Positions 54,459-63,449 of a stretch of 64,000 bases of DNA are shown piece by piece (position 1 is the first letter of the stretch; every line of letters starts with the position of its first letter). Under the pieces are notes generated by a model. That model was not told where the DNA came from. It saw only the letters and a program-made list of their open reading frames with translations, and did no database searches. Source of the stretch: a virus; the IMG/VR virus record IMGVR_UViG_3300045988_156843; one strand, 5' to 3'. A program made the translations under genes and the position numbers.

Positions 54459-54761
54459 ATGAAAAGTGGAATCGAAATTATCGCAGAAGAACGCAAGAGA
54501 CAAATTGAAGTTGAAGGGTGGACACCGGAAGAAGATGATTTATACACAGCCGGACAACTAGCTTTAGCGGGTGCAACTTATGCTATCCCTACATTTTGTA
54601 GAGATGATTATGGTGGTTATGTTTATTCTACCGATGTACCTATCATGTTCCCATTTTCTCCCGAATGGTGGAAGCCTACGCCTGATGATCGGATAAGAGA
54701 GTTAGCAAAAGCTGGTGCACTCATTGCTGCCGAGATTGATAGATTGCAAAGGATTAAATAA
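54459..54761 (+). CDS. hypothetical protein
   Basis: 100-aa ORF. Confidence 0.5.
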   Translation: MKSGIEIIAEERKRQIEVEGWTPEEDDLYTAGQLALAGATYAIPTFCRDDYGGYVYSTDVPIMFPFSPEWWKPTPDDRIRELAKAGALIAAEIDRLQRIK

Positions 54762-54781
54762 CTCTCAAAACAAGAATAGAA

Positions 54782-55123
54782 ATGGATAAATCATATTTTG
54801 AAACAAGAAAGACAGAAATTCAATCAGAGATTGATAGCTGGAAACAAAAATTAAAAGACTTGGAAGATGAATACATATCTTCTAATCAAAAGTTCCCTAT
54901 TGGGAGTAAAGTTTGTATCACTACTCCTGCACATACAGGAATGGTGTTACTCACTCGTGAGAAAGTTACATTCCCAGAAGCGAAAAGATACTCTTACGTA
55001 ACTGGCTACGAAATACGGTGTAAAGAGGTTGTTCCAATTCTGATGAAAGCAAAGAAGGATGGCACGATTTCAAAAATTCGGGATTATATAACATTCGAAA
55101 GAGTGATAGTTGAACTGGCGTAA
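54782..55123 (+). CDS. hypothetical protein
   Basis: 113-aa ORF. Confidence 0.5.
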   Translation: MDKSYFETRKTEIQSEIDSWKQKLKDLEDEYISSNQKFPIGSKVCITTPAHTGMVLLTREKVTFPEAKRYSYVTGYEIRCKEVVPILMKAKKDGTISKIRDYITFERVIVELA

Positions 55124-55136
55124 AACAAAAAGAGAA

Positions 55137-55376
55137 ATGAACAATTTTAAGATTGGAGATATAGTTTCCTATCGTAATACGAGAGGAAACATAAAGAAGG
55201 CTGAAATCACTTCCTTTGAGACTGTAGACAATGGGAAAGTCTGGTTTCATGGCATTGATACGGAGACTAAAGCAAAGGTTTGGTATCCGGTGCATATATC
55301 CCAAACTTTAGGAGAACCTAAATGTAACTGTTTAAATCCATTCTGTCCTACGTGCGGGAATGAAGTTTATGAATAA
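55137..55376 (+). CDS. hypothetical protein with C-terminal CxC...CPTC
   Basis: Trimmed to the ATG at 55137 (MNNFKIGD...). Confidence 0.5.
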   Translation: MNNFKIGDIVSYRNTRGNIKKAEITSFETVDNGKVWFHGIDTETKAKVWYPVHISQTLGEPKCNCLNPFCPTCGNEVYE

Positions 55377-55407
55377 CCCTCAAAACAAATTAGAAAGGAA
55401 CTAAAGT

Positions 55408-55617
55408 ATGACACAAGAAAAATTAATTGCATTGTCAAAGGAAAAGGTTGCAAAATTGAATAAAGGTTCAAAAGAAGCGGAGGAAGCATGGAGAGCCGGA
55501 TATCTGTATTTAGCAGAACAGCTACGCATCAGTTTCAATAACAAGACACAACTTTACTTTTTAGAAGAAGTAGAAGAAATCGTCGAGGATTCTTACGAAC
55601 TTGATGAATTTGAATAA
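55408..55617 (+). CDS. hypothetical protein
   Basis: 69-aa ORF. Confidence 0.5.
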   Translation: MTQEKLIALSKEKVAKLNKGSKEAEEAWRAGYLYLAEQLRISFNNKTQLYFLEEVEEIVEDSYELDEFE

Positions 55618-55644
55618 CGTATAATCAATAAGAAAGGAATAAAT

Positions 55645-55956
55645 ATGAAAAAGTTAAAAGTAGAACAATTTAATCATCCTCTCAATAAAATGATGTGTGC
55701 TAATTATCGAATAGTAGAGGACGATAGTAAACAATTTCCTGTTTGCAATTTTGGTTTGTCCTCATTAGAACAACAACCGGAAGCACTACTTAAAGAGCAA
55801 GAAAGATATGCTAAACTACTTGCTTCTGCACCTGAGTTACTGGAAGCTTTACAAGGTATGTTAGAGCGATTCGATTACAACGATCAGGTTATTTATTCTT
55901 TTGCAGCTAAAGAGATTGATGCTGCAAAAGAAGCAATTAAGAAAGCGACCGAATAA
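55645..55956 (+). CDS. hypothetical protein
   Basis: 103-aa ORF. Confidence 0.5.
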   Translation: MKKLKVEQFNHPLNKMMCANYRIVEDDSKQFPVCNFGLSSLEQQPEALLKEQERYAKLLASAPELLEALQGMLERFDYNDQVIYSFAAKEIDAAKEAIKKATE

Positions 55957-55971
55957 CCTTCAAACTAAGAT

Positions 55972-56352
55972 ATGAAAGAAGTAACCAAAGCAGCCAAGCG
56001 GGCTAACATGAAAAGTCGAGCTTGTAAAAATTGCCCAATTAAACAACGACTTAAGATATGTCCTCCCGAAATATTTGAAGTATGCTCAGCTGCTTTTATA
56101 GAAGGATTCAAGAAGGGAGTTAAGGCGGCACAAAAAGCAAGGGATCTTGTAAAGACGATGGAAGTAGATTATAATGCTAAAAATAAGATGATTAATTCTA
56201 CTGTAGCCCATCAAGCTGTTCGAATGGCTGAAATTGATTTGACGAAAAAAGCTGTAAGGGCATTTGATAAGGTTTGCTCTGATTGCGGTAAGCTATGTGC
56301 GTGTCAAGATTGTGACTTTAGAATATCTTTTATTAAAGAATTAAATGACTAA
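55972..56352 (+). CDS. hypothetical Cys-containing protein
   Basis: 126-aa ORF. Confidence 0.5.
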   Translation: MKEVTKAAKRANMKSRACKNCPIKQRLKICPPEIFEVCSAAFIEGFKKGVKAAQKARDLVKTMEVDYNAKNKMINSTVAHQAVRMAEIDLTKKAVRAFDKVCSDCGKLCACQDCDFRISFIKELND

Positions 56353-56354
56353 TT

Positions 56355-56576
56355 ATGAGCAAAATGAAGCAAATGCTGCTAGCAACCGCAGCAATGTATG
56401 CGGTAGCACAAAGATACGATCCGTACTCTGTGAATCGCAAAGAAGGAATGACTTTTAATCCTGACTATAAAGTTAAGTCATCAGTTAAAGAGTTGAGAGA
56501 ATTCACTATAAAAGGAAACAAAATTATGGCATACTCTAAAAAGGACGCTATTAAGCGGCTTAATCATAAGAAATAA
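56355..56576 (+). CDS. hypothetical protein
   Basis: 73-aa ORF. Confidence 0.5.
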   Translation: MSKMKQMLLATAAMYAVAQRYDPYSVNRKEGMTFNPDYKVKSSVKELREFTIKGNKIMAYSKKDAIKRLNHKK

Positions 56577-56591
56577 CTAAAATATCAAATT

Positions 56592-56804
56592 ATGAAACAA
56601 GAATCAAGCGCAATCAATCCGTATAACGGAATATTCGGGCAGCAAGGTTGGATTTGTCCGAAGTGTGGAAGGGTATATTCACCATATACTCAAATGTGTT
56701 TGTATTGCAAACCTGATAATATAACTACTATTTCTAATCTTAGCGACCTTTCTAACAAGAATGTCAGCGAAGAAGAACTAAGAGAAAATCGTAAAACCAA
56801 ATAA
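56592..56804 (+). CDS. zinc-ribbon protein
   Basis: CPKCGRVYSPYTQMCLYC (CxxC...CxxC). Confidence 0.55.
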   Translation: MKQESSAINPYNGIFGQQGWICPKCGRVYSPYTQMCLYCKPDNITTISNLSDLSNKNVSEEELRENRKTK

Positions 56805-56807
56805 GAT

Positions 56808-56993
56808 ATGAAACAGACATTAGAAGAAGTTGCAAAAGAATATGCAAACGAAAACGCTGGATTCCAGAAGAGCTACATGATTCATAGATTCCTGATTATA
56901 TGGAACATTTTGTCAAGCACTTTCTTGCTGGTGCAGAGTGGCAGGGAAAGCAATGTAAAGATGCTTTCTTCATTTTTTCAGATCACACTGTAA
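56808..56993 (+). pseudogene. possibly disrupted small gene
   Basis: The protein-like N-terminus MKQTLEEVAKEYANENAG is followed by an implausible tail. Another frame reads IPEELHDS*IPDYMEHFVKHFLAGAEWQGKQC, and a 140-nt ORF-free gap follows. Confidence 0.3.
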
Positions 56994-57133
56994 ATATGCG
57001 GTAACCGAATTTAACTGTCACATGTATAGAGAGGACGTTGCTTGCTGTATAGAAAACTGTGACCTATTCAAGCAATTTACCTTAGGCGAAGGGTAGAGTA
57101 TATTTTGATTAACCACTTTAATAATATATAATC

Positions 57134-57418
57134 ATGAAAAAGAAAGTAATTGTAAGAGGAGATCGTTCCGGTGTGTTTTTCGGAGAGTTAGTAGAAAGAA
57201 ATGGTAGAGAAGTTAAGCTCGAAAATTGTCGTAGACTATGGTATTGGGATGGTGCAGCTAGTATATCTCAATTAGCAATTAATGGTACGACGAATCCATG
57301 TGAGTGTAAATTCACAGTAACGGTTCCAGAGATAGAGATTCTGGATGCAATTGAGATTATTCCGTGCTCGAAGGAAGCTATTAAATCAATAGAAAGTGTA
57401 GCGGTATGGGCAAGGTGA
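57134..57418 (+). CDS. hypothetical protein
   Basis: 94-aa ORF. Confidence 0.55.
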   Translation: MKKKVIVRGDRSGVFFGELVERNGREVKLENCRRLWYWDGAASISQLAINGTTNPCECKFTVTVPEIEILDAIEIIPCSKEAIKSIESVAVWAR

Positions 57419-58089
57419 TGGAAGATAAAATAAAACAGTTTCTAAATACTGGCGATGGCTCTGGCGATGGCGATGGCTCTGGCGATGGCTATGGCTCTGG
57501 CGATGGCTATGGCGATGGCTATGGCGATGGCTATGGCTCTGGCTATGGCTCTGGCGATGGCTATGGCTCTGGCTATGGCTCTGGCGATGGCTATGGCTCT
57601 GGCGATGGCTCTGGCTATGGCTATGGCGATGGCTATGGCGTAAAATCTGTAAATGGGAATACTATTTATATAGTAGATAATATACCTACTATAATTACAA
57701 ATGTAAAAGGTAACATCGCAAAAGGATTTATCTTCCAGTCCGACTTATCTCTTACTCCTTGTTTTATAGTAAAAGGAAATAATCAGTTTTCTCATGGTAG
57801 TACTCTGCACGAGGCATTTGAATCTTTGCAAGAAAAGCTTTATGATGATAGTACAGAAGAGGAAAGAATTGATAAGTTCAAAGAGAATTTTTCTGACTTT
57901 TCTAAAAAGTATTCCGCTAAGGAATTATTTGTATGGCATCATATACTTACCGGAAGTTGTAAGGCTGGAAGAGAATCTTTTTGTAGAGACAAAGGTATAG
58001 ATGTAGATAATGATAAGTTTACCGTCTATGAGTTTATTGAACTAACTAAAAATTCATATGGCGGTGAGGTTATCCGCAAATTATCTTGA
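57418..58089 (+). CDS. protein with N-terminal Gly-Asp/Tyr/Ser dipeptide-repeat tract
   Basis: MEDKIKQFLNT, then about 63 residues of G[DYS] repeats, then a globular ~150-aa domain. The ATG at 57418 overlaps the upstream stop (TGATG). Confidence 0.6.
   Translation: MEDKIKQFLNTGDGSGDGDGSGDGYGSGDGYGDGYGDGYGSGYGSGDGYGSGYGSGDGYGSGDGSGYGYGDGYGVKSVNGNTIYIVDNIPTIITNVKGNIAKGFIFQSDLSLTPCFIVKGNNQFSHGSTLHEAFESLQEKLYDDSTEEERIDKFKENFSDFSKKYSAKELFVWHHILTGSCKAGRESFCRDKGIDVDNDKFTVYEFIELTKNSYGGEVIRKLS
57451..57640 (+). repeat. 190-bp hexanucleotide-type tandem repeat (ggcgat/ggctat/ggctct units)
   Basis: Read directly from the sequence. A single codon is used for each residue type throughout (GGC, GAT, TAT, TCT). 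Confidence 0.9.
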
Positions 58090-58202
58090 TTTAATCCCGG
58101 TATCCGTTGGTTCGGTATCCGGAAACTATTTTAACCACTTTAAATGATATATGATATGCCTAAGATTAATTAGCATAGCGTTAATAGAAAGGAGATTAAT
58201 AT

Positions 58203-58505
58203 ATGAAAGCAAGAGTAAAAGCAACTGGAGAAATTATCAATATTGCTGATTACGCACGTGTCACACTTGATAAGTGTGATAGTTACGGTAGTCCTATTGA
58301 ATTAAGTTTTGATGAGGTTGAAATACTTCAAGAAAGGTCTGATAATATTGATTGGGAACAGAGACGCTATGAAATAGCTAAAGAGGTTTTATCCGGAATA
58401 CTAATTTGGATAGCTTATTCCGGAGAAGATTCATATTGTACAGAGAATTGTAAACATGCTGTTAAATATGCAGATGAATTGGTTAGACAACTTAAAGGAG
58501 AATAA
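58203..58505 (+). CDS. hypothetical protein
   Basis: 100-aa ORF. Confidence 0.5.
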   Translation: MKARVKATGEIINIADYARVTLDKCDSYGSPIELSFDEVEILQERSDNIDWEQRRYEIAKEVLSGILIWIAYSGEDSYCTENCKHAVKYADELVRQLKGE

Positions 58506-58507
58506 CT

Positions 58508-58861
58508 ATGCTAACAGTACTAAGAGAAACTTATCCAACAGCAAGAAAAGAACATGTGTGTGAGTTTTGTGGTGAAAAGATAGCGATAGGACAAAAATAT
58601 GTCCGTCAGACAACTATCTATGATGGAACTATCTATGACTTTGCCATACATCAAGAATGTAATGAGGTAGCTTATGAATTGAATATGTACGATGATTGTG
58701 ATGATGAAGGTTTAGACGGTGAATCCTTTCGTGAAAACTTGAAGGAATACGTATACGCCAACCATTACGATGAACACACAGATGATGTTTATACCAGTTG
58801 GCCATTGAATGGTTATGAGATAGCGAAGAAAGTATTGAAAGAACTTAAAATGGAGAAATAA
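58508..58861 (+). CDS. Cys/His-containing protein, paralog of 43156..43509
   Basis: 117 aa. Positions 58685-58850 are 100% identical to the reverse complement of 43166-43331. Confidence 0.6.
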   Translation: MLTVLRETYPTARKEHVCEFCGEKIAIGQKYVRQTTIYDGTIYDFAIHQECNEVAYELNMYDDCDDEGLDGESFRENLKEYVYANHYDEHTDDVYTSWPLNGYEIAKKVLKELKMEK

Positions 58862-58863
58862 CA

Positions 58864-59304
58864 ATGACATCAAAACAAGTATTATCAATAGACCAAATGA
58901 AACATTTGCAGGAACTTGGATTAGATACGAGTAATGCAACCTTAACTTGGGTATTATACCCTGCTAGTATAAAAGGAGATGTAATACCAACGTTGGAAAT
59001 GTGGCGTTGGGAACAAATAAAAGATGAACAAAGGAAAGTCTGTGTGCCAGCATTTACCTTGCAAGACATTCTCGACAAATTACCGAAAAGAATAGGTGAA
59101 TTTGAATTGAGAATAAAAATGTTTGCGTTTGATTATTCAGTATATACTGAATATAAATGGTCTATTATATATGAATCTACTGACATGAGTAGTTATTTAG
59201 AAACTTTACTCCAAAGCAGTTACCCAGATTTGATTGAGGCGGCATATAATATGTTGCGTATGTGCATTGAATACGGATATATTAAAGAACTTAAAAACGA
59301 ATAA
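58864..59304 (+). CDS. hypothetical protein
   Basis: 146-aa ORF. Confidence 0.5.
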   Translation: MTSKQVLSIDQMKHLQELGLDTSNATLTWVLYPASIKGDVIPTLEMWRWEQIKDEQRKVCVPAFTLQDILDKLPKRIGEFELRIKMFAFDYSVYTEYKWSIIYESTDMSSYLETLLQSSYPDLIEAAYNMLRMCIEYGYIKELKNE

Positions 59305-59306
59305 CT

Positions 59307-59765
59307 ATGGGATTTACAACACCGTGTTTTATACGCAAAAACACACCGGAGCTTCGGAAGAAGTTGGAGGAGTTGGGATATATAAAAAATTCCCCAATAT
59401 GGACGGATAATTGCAGTATAATATGGGCTTATCAATATCCAGAAAAAGGATTCGATACTCCTAATTATGTAATTGCAGATTCTTTTGATATTCCTTTTGA
59501 TAAACATAGTCTCTTATGTGGAAAATTTATTGATTGCGGAGCCAACGAGGATTTATTCCTTGCCATTGCCGCATTGAGAGACGATACTGACGATAATCAA
59601 CTATTTATTAATGACAAAGGAGATTGGGGGATATGGCGTGATAATACAAAATACGATGGATTATCGGGCATAGACTTTTACGGAATGCCTAACGACCTTA
59701 ATGTGGACAATTATCATAAGACTACCACAGAAGAGCTAATCGAACACTTTAAAGGAAAGGAATAA
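59307..59765 (+). CDS. hypothetical protein, paralog of 44162..44623
   Basis: Shared N- and C-termini with the paralog (MGFTT.CFIRKNT..., ...EELIEHFKGKE). Confidence 0.55.
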   Translation: MGFTTPCFIRKNTPELRKKLEELGYIKNSPIWTDNCSIIWAYQYPEKGFDTPNYVIADSFDIPFDKHSLLCGKFIDCGANEDLFLAIAALRDDTDDNQLFINDKGDWGIWRDNTKYDGLSGIDFYGMPNDLNVDNYHKTTTEELIEHFKGKE

Positions 59766-59767
59766 TA

Positions 59768-59965
59768 ATGAATAAAATAGCCAATAAAATAAAACAAGCT
59801 AGAAAAGAACGATGCTTAACACGAGCTTCTTTAGCTTTGCTATCAGGAGTAAATATTAGAGTTATAATGAAAATAGAAGAAGGTAGAGATTGCAGTACTC
59901 GGTCACTGAATAAAGTTCTAGCTGCGTTAGGCATGGAATTGGCTGTTAAAACAAAAGAGGAATAA
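59768..59965 (+). CDS. XRE-family HTH transcriptional regulator
   Basis: IKQARKERCLTRASLALLSGVNIRVIMKIEEGR fits the Cro/C1-type HTH pattern. Confidence 0.6.
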   Translation: MNKIANKIKQARKERCLTRASLALLSGVNIRVIMKIEEGRDCSTRSLNKVLAALGMELAVKTKEE

Positions 59966-60312
59966 TGGAAAATGAAATGAAATCAATAGATTGTGACATT
60001 ATAGAAAATACTCCAAAATATTCTAATATGAACATACATCCTGATGTATGTGGTGCATGGCAAGAAGGTGCAATGTGGGAAAGATATCGAAATGGTAAAT
60101 GTTATAAATTAGATAGAGAAGATATCTTTAATCTTTTAAGAGCATGTTTCCCACCATATGAACTAATGTCTAAAATAGAAGAAATGAAATTAGGATATTA
60201 TGTTGGAGGATTCAATGAAGAATGGAGATGGCTTTTAAATAAAGACACTCCTTACAGCGAAGAAGAATTATGGCATTTATATTTAGATTTAAAATTGCGA
60301 TTTTGCAGATGA
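59965..60312 (+). CDS. hypothetical protein (C-terminus related to 43512..43727)
   Basis: 115-aa ORF. Confidence 0.5.
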   Translation: MENEMKSIDCDIIENTPKYSNMNIHPDVCGAWQEGAMWERYRNGKCYKLDREDIFNLLRACFPPYELMSKIEEMKLGYYVGGFNEEWRWLLNKDTPYSEEELWHLYLDLKLRFCR

Positions 60313-60413
60313 TTGTAGCAGCATTGGCGGACTAATCTACAAAACGTTTGGGACATGTGATGCGGATGAACGAGAAGATAATACTAATGTTATTTTTTTA
60401 GATATAACATAAA

Positions 60414-60575
60414 ATGAGGACTGTAACCCTTTTTGGATTGGTTTTAATAGCTAATGCTATTGATCTGGATATTTTTAAAGAAATCGTTGATTTAGGGAAA
60501 ATAGTTTGCATCCTAATGACCTTTTCGGTTGGGATGGATATAATTGATTTTGTTAATAATTTATTAAAAAAATGA
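60414..60575 (+). CDS. 53-aa membrane peptide
   Basis: Hand-translated MRTVTLFGLVLIANAIDLDIFKEIVDLGKIVCILMTFSVGMDIIDFVNNLLKK. Confidence 0.35.
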   Translation: MRTVTLFGLVLIANAIDLDIFKEIVDLGKIVCILMTFSVGMDIIDFVNNLLKK

Positions 60576-60579
60576 GATT

Positions 60580-60861
60580 ATGGAAAAAGAAAGAAGAAGA
60601 AAAAAGATTTCAGTAAGTGAGAAATTAACAGCGTTGCAAATTGCACAAACAATGGGAGGATTTGATGTTATGACAATGGCGAACAATGAAAGGTATCTTT
60701 CTGCCCTATTTGATAGAGCAGAGAAGATACTAGGGTGGATTAATGACGAAGGAAATGTTACTTTTGATAAAGGCATAAACACTGCTTATATCAGAAAAGA
60801 CACAGAAAATATCTGTTCAGGGATATGGGTAATAAATGGAGAAAAACAAGATGAAGTATAA
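60580..60861 (+). CDS. hypothetical protein
   Basis: 93-aa ORF. Confidence 0.5.
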   Translation: MEKERRRKKISVSEKLTALQIAQTMGGFDVMTMANNERYLSALFDRAEKILGWINDEGNVTFDKGINTAYIRKDTENICSGIWVINGEKQDEV

Positions 60862-61108
60862 CTATGAAACGATGAGGATGGAATGTTTCTCAGATGTAAA
60901 AAGCATGGAAGAGACTTTCAATTCTTATATTAATCCAATACTTACTAAATGTATAAAAAACACTGTATTAACAAAAGGAGAATTAATCATAATGGATTCT
61001 TATAAATCTCTTTTTGCTATTGATTATTTAATAAAAAATGGTTATTTGAGAATAATAAGTTATGGTATCATGACACAAGATCATATTGTTACATATACAG
61101 GAAAATAG
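60836..61108 (+). CDS. hypothetical protein
   Basis: 90-aa ORF. The start is uncertain; an alternative ATG lies at 60851. Confidence 0.45.
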   Translation: MEKNKMKYNYETMRMECFSDVKSMEETFNSYINPILTKCIKNTVLTKGELIIMDSYKSLFAIDYLIKNGYLRIISYGIMTQDHIVTYTGK

Positions 61109-61109
61109 A

Positions 61110-63071
61110 ATGAAAAAAGTAATTTTAAAAAAAATGACGCTAAATAATTGGCGTGGGCAGTCGACAGAAGTTATTTTTGGTAAAAATATAACTGACATTT
61201 ATGGACGTAATAAAACGGGTAAAAGTACATTATTTAATGCGTTTTATTGGGTATTTACAGGGTTTGATATAAAAGGCAGGGCAAATTATCAGCTATTTGA
61301 TAATAGGCTCCCTTTGACTTATGAGAATGCTATCCCGGCTGAAGTACATATAGTGACTGAAATAGATGGGAATGAATATAAATTTTCTAGAATTGCAATT
61401 CAATCGTGGTCTAGAAAACGTGGAGAATCAGAATATACTAAAAATATAAGCGATGATTATAAAGTATTTATTGACGATATAGCATTAAGTGCCGGAGAAT
61501 TTAAGAAACGGATTGAAGATTTATTCTGTCCGATAGATGCCTTAAAGGTTATTCTTAATATTTTCTATATCTTCTCACTTGAATGGAAAGAACAGCGAGA
61601 ACTCTTTGCTACAATTTGTGGTGATATTCAAGAAAGTGATTTTGAAGGCTGTTACGATGTCTTATTTGAGGAATTGAAAAGATATTCCATTGAGGAGCTA
61701 GAATCTCGTGTCAAGACCAAATCTGATCCTTTGAAACAGATTCTGAAATCACTGCCTTTAACAATAGAGACGTTAACTAAAAATCTTCCCGATTTATCAC
61801 AGGTTGAAGAAGCGAAGAAACGGATTGAAGATAATTCAAAAGAGATTGAAGATATTGATAAGAGAATTCAAGACAGTAGCATGTCTGTACAACCTTTGAT
61901 TAAAAAAGCCAATCAACAATTAGTTGAAATTAATAAATTAGAGCTATCTTTGCAAGAGGATGAGGAAAATTTCAATAAGGAACAAAATAAAGAAATTATT
62001 GAAATACAAAATCAAATATCCGCTATTGAAGAAAGTAATAAAATAATAGAAAAATCGAATAAGGATCGTCAATTAAAAGTTGATTCTATTAAATCAACTA
62101 TAAAATATAATCAAGATCTATTTGATTATTGTGTAAGACATAGAGAGGAACTTCTTAGCAAAAAAAATGCTATTGTAGAAAGAGAATTTGAAGAGGATAC
62201 ATGTTCTTATTGCGGAAATAAATTACCTGAATCAAAATTAGAAATATTACGGAAACGTTTTTATGAACAAAAAGAAAAAGAAAAATCCGCAGTTATTACT
62301 GAAGGTAAAAAAAATAACGAAAATAGAGACCACGCTCTCGCTAAAATAAAAGAATTAGAAGAAGAACTTAAAGAGTATGATATTGATAATACTCCATTTT
62401 TTGATAATTCTAAATTAAAGGAAAAACTTAATCAATTGATAGCTAACCGAATAGATTTTAAGACAACATCTGAATATAAAAAGAAGATGGATGTAATATC
62501 CAATCTTAAAAGCGAATTGGTTGAAGTTGATCAGCCGGATAATTCCGGTCTCCTTGAGATGAAAAAAACATTGATGGATAAAATAAAAGAAGATAGCGAA
62601 ACGATTGGGCTAATAAAAGAAAGGGAAAAACAGGAGAAAAAAATAAAAGAATATCAAGAACAACAGCGTGATACTGCTAATGAATTAGCAAAATGGGAAA
62701 GAATTTCTGCGGAATTAAAGGCATATAAGCAAGAATACGCAGATCTCGTATCAAAGAAAGTCAATGTCCTGTTAAATCGCTGTCAGGTGCAGATGATGTC
62801 TCAGAAAAAAGATGGGACATGGATTCCTTCATGTATTATCACAACTGATAATATTCCATCAACTGTATATAATGCTGCAGAAGTTGTTGTTTCTGGCATT
62901 GATATTGCTGAAGCATTCCAAAAATTTTATAATATAAATATGCCATTGTTTATTGACAATGCGGAAGGAATTACTAGCAATAGCGAAATTTTAACTGAAA
63001 GGCAGATTATTAATTTATATGTAAGTAACCACGATGACCAATTAAGAGTAGAAGTAAAGGACTATGAATAA
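61110..63071 (+). CDS. Rad50/SbcC-like coiled-coil ATPase
   Basis: N-terminal Walker A GRNKTGKST, about 400 aa of coiled coil with a central CSYCGNK (zinc-hook-like CxxC), and C-terminal PLFIDNAEG (Walker B/D-loop-like). Trimmed to the ATG at 61110. Confidence 0.65.
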   Translation: MKKVILKKMTLNNWRGQSTEVIFGKNITDIYGRNKTGKSTLFNAFYWVFTGFDIKGRANYQLFDNRLPLTYENAIPAEVHIVTEIDGNEYKFSRIAIQSWSRKRGESEYTKNISDDYKVFIDDIALSAGEFKKRIEDLFCPIDALKVILNIFYIFSLEWKEQRELFATICGDIQESDFEGCYDVLFEELKRYSIEELESRVKTKSDPLKQILKSLPLTIETLTKNLPDLSQVEEAKKRIEDNSKEIEDIDKRIQDSSMSVQPLIKKANQQLVEINKLELSLQEDEENFNKEQNKEIIEIQNQISAIEESNKIIEKSNKDRQLKVDSIKSTIKYNQDLFDYCVRHREELLSKKNAIVEREFEEDTCSYCGNKLPESKLEILRKRFYEQKEKEKSAVITEGKKNNENRDHALAKIKELEEELKEYDIDNTPFFDNSKLKEKLNQLIANRIDFKTTSEYKKKMDVISNLKSELVEVDQPDNSGLLEMKKTLMDKIKEDSETIGLIKEREKQEKKIKEYQEQQRDTANELAKWERISAELKAYKQEYADLVSKKVNVLLNRCQVQMMSQKKDGTWIPSCIITTDNIPSTVYNAAEVVVSGIDIAEAFQKFYNINMPLFIDNAEGITSNSEILTERQIINLYVSNHDDQLRVEVKDYE

Positions 63072-63432
63072 TTATTTAATAAATCTGACATTAGATAATT
63101 TAAATGATACTGTTGTAACAGAGATGGAGATTGGTGATGTTATAGAAAAAGGGATATTTATTCCATTTTCTACTAATCCGGTAATAAGAGGTAAAAAAGG
63201 TTCTGTTATAATTAGAATGCTTGCTGTAGAAAAAAGAGCTAACGCTTTCAATCAATCCCATTATCTTAAACCAAAATGTAATAAAAAAACATATGAATAT
63301 CTTAAATCTATAGGAAAAGATTTAAAGATACTTGGTAATATGTCTATAGCAGGAACTGCATATGTCCCTAGAAATTCAGAAAAAGAAATTTTATCTTCAT
63401 TGGATGAAATCTTAGATAAAGAAGAAGAATAA
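63064..63432 (+). CDS. hypothetical protein coupled to the ATPase gene
   Basis: 122-aa ORF with an 8-nt overlap. Confidence 0.5.
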   Translation: MNNYLINLTLDNLNDTVVTEMEIGDVIEKGIFIPFSTNPVIRGKKGSVIIRMLAVEKRANAFNQSHYLKPKCNKKTYEYLKSIGKDLKILGNMSIAGTAYVPRNSEKEILSSLDEILDKEEE

Positions 63433-63449
63433 TTTTAAAAAATTAAGTT

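Noticed and set aside
57455-57643. ORF encoding MALAMAMALAMA... (62 aa).
   Set aside because: It is an alternative reading frame of the ggc-gat/tat/tct tandem repeat. The G[DYS] frame is continuous with flanking protein-like sequence.
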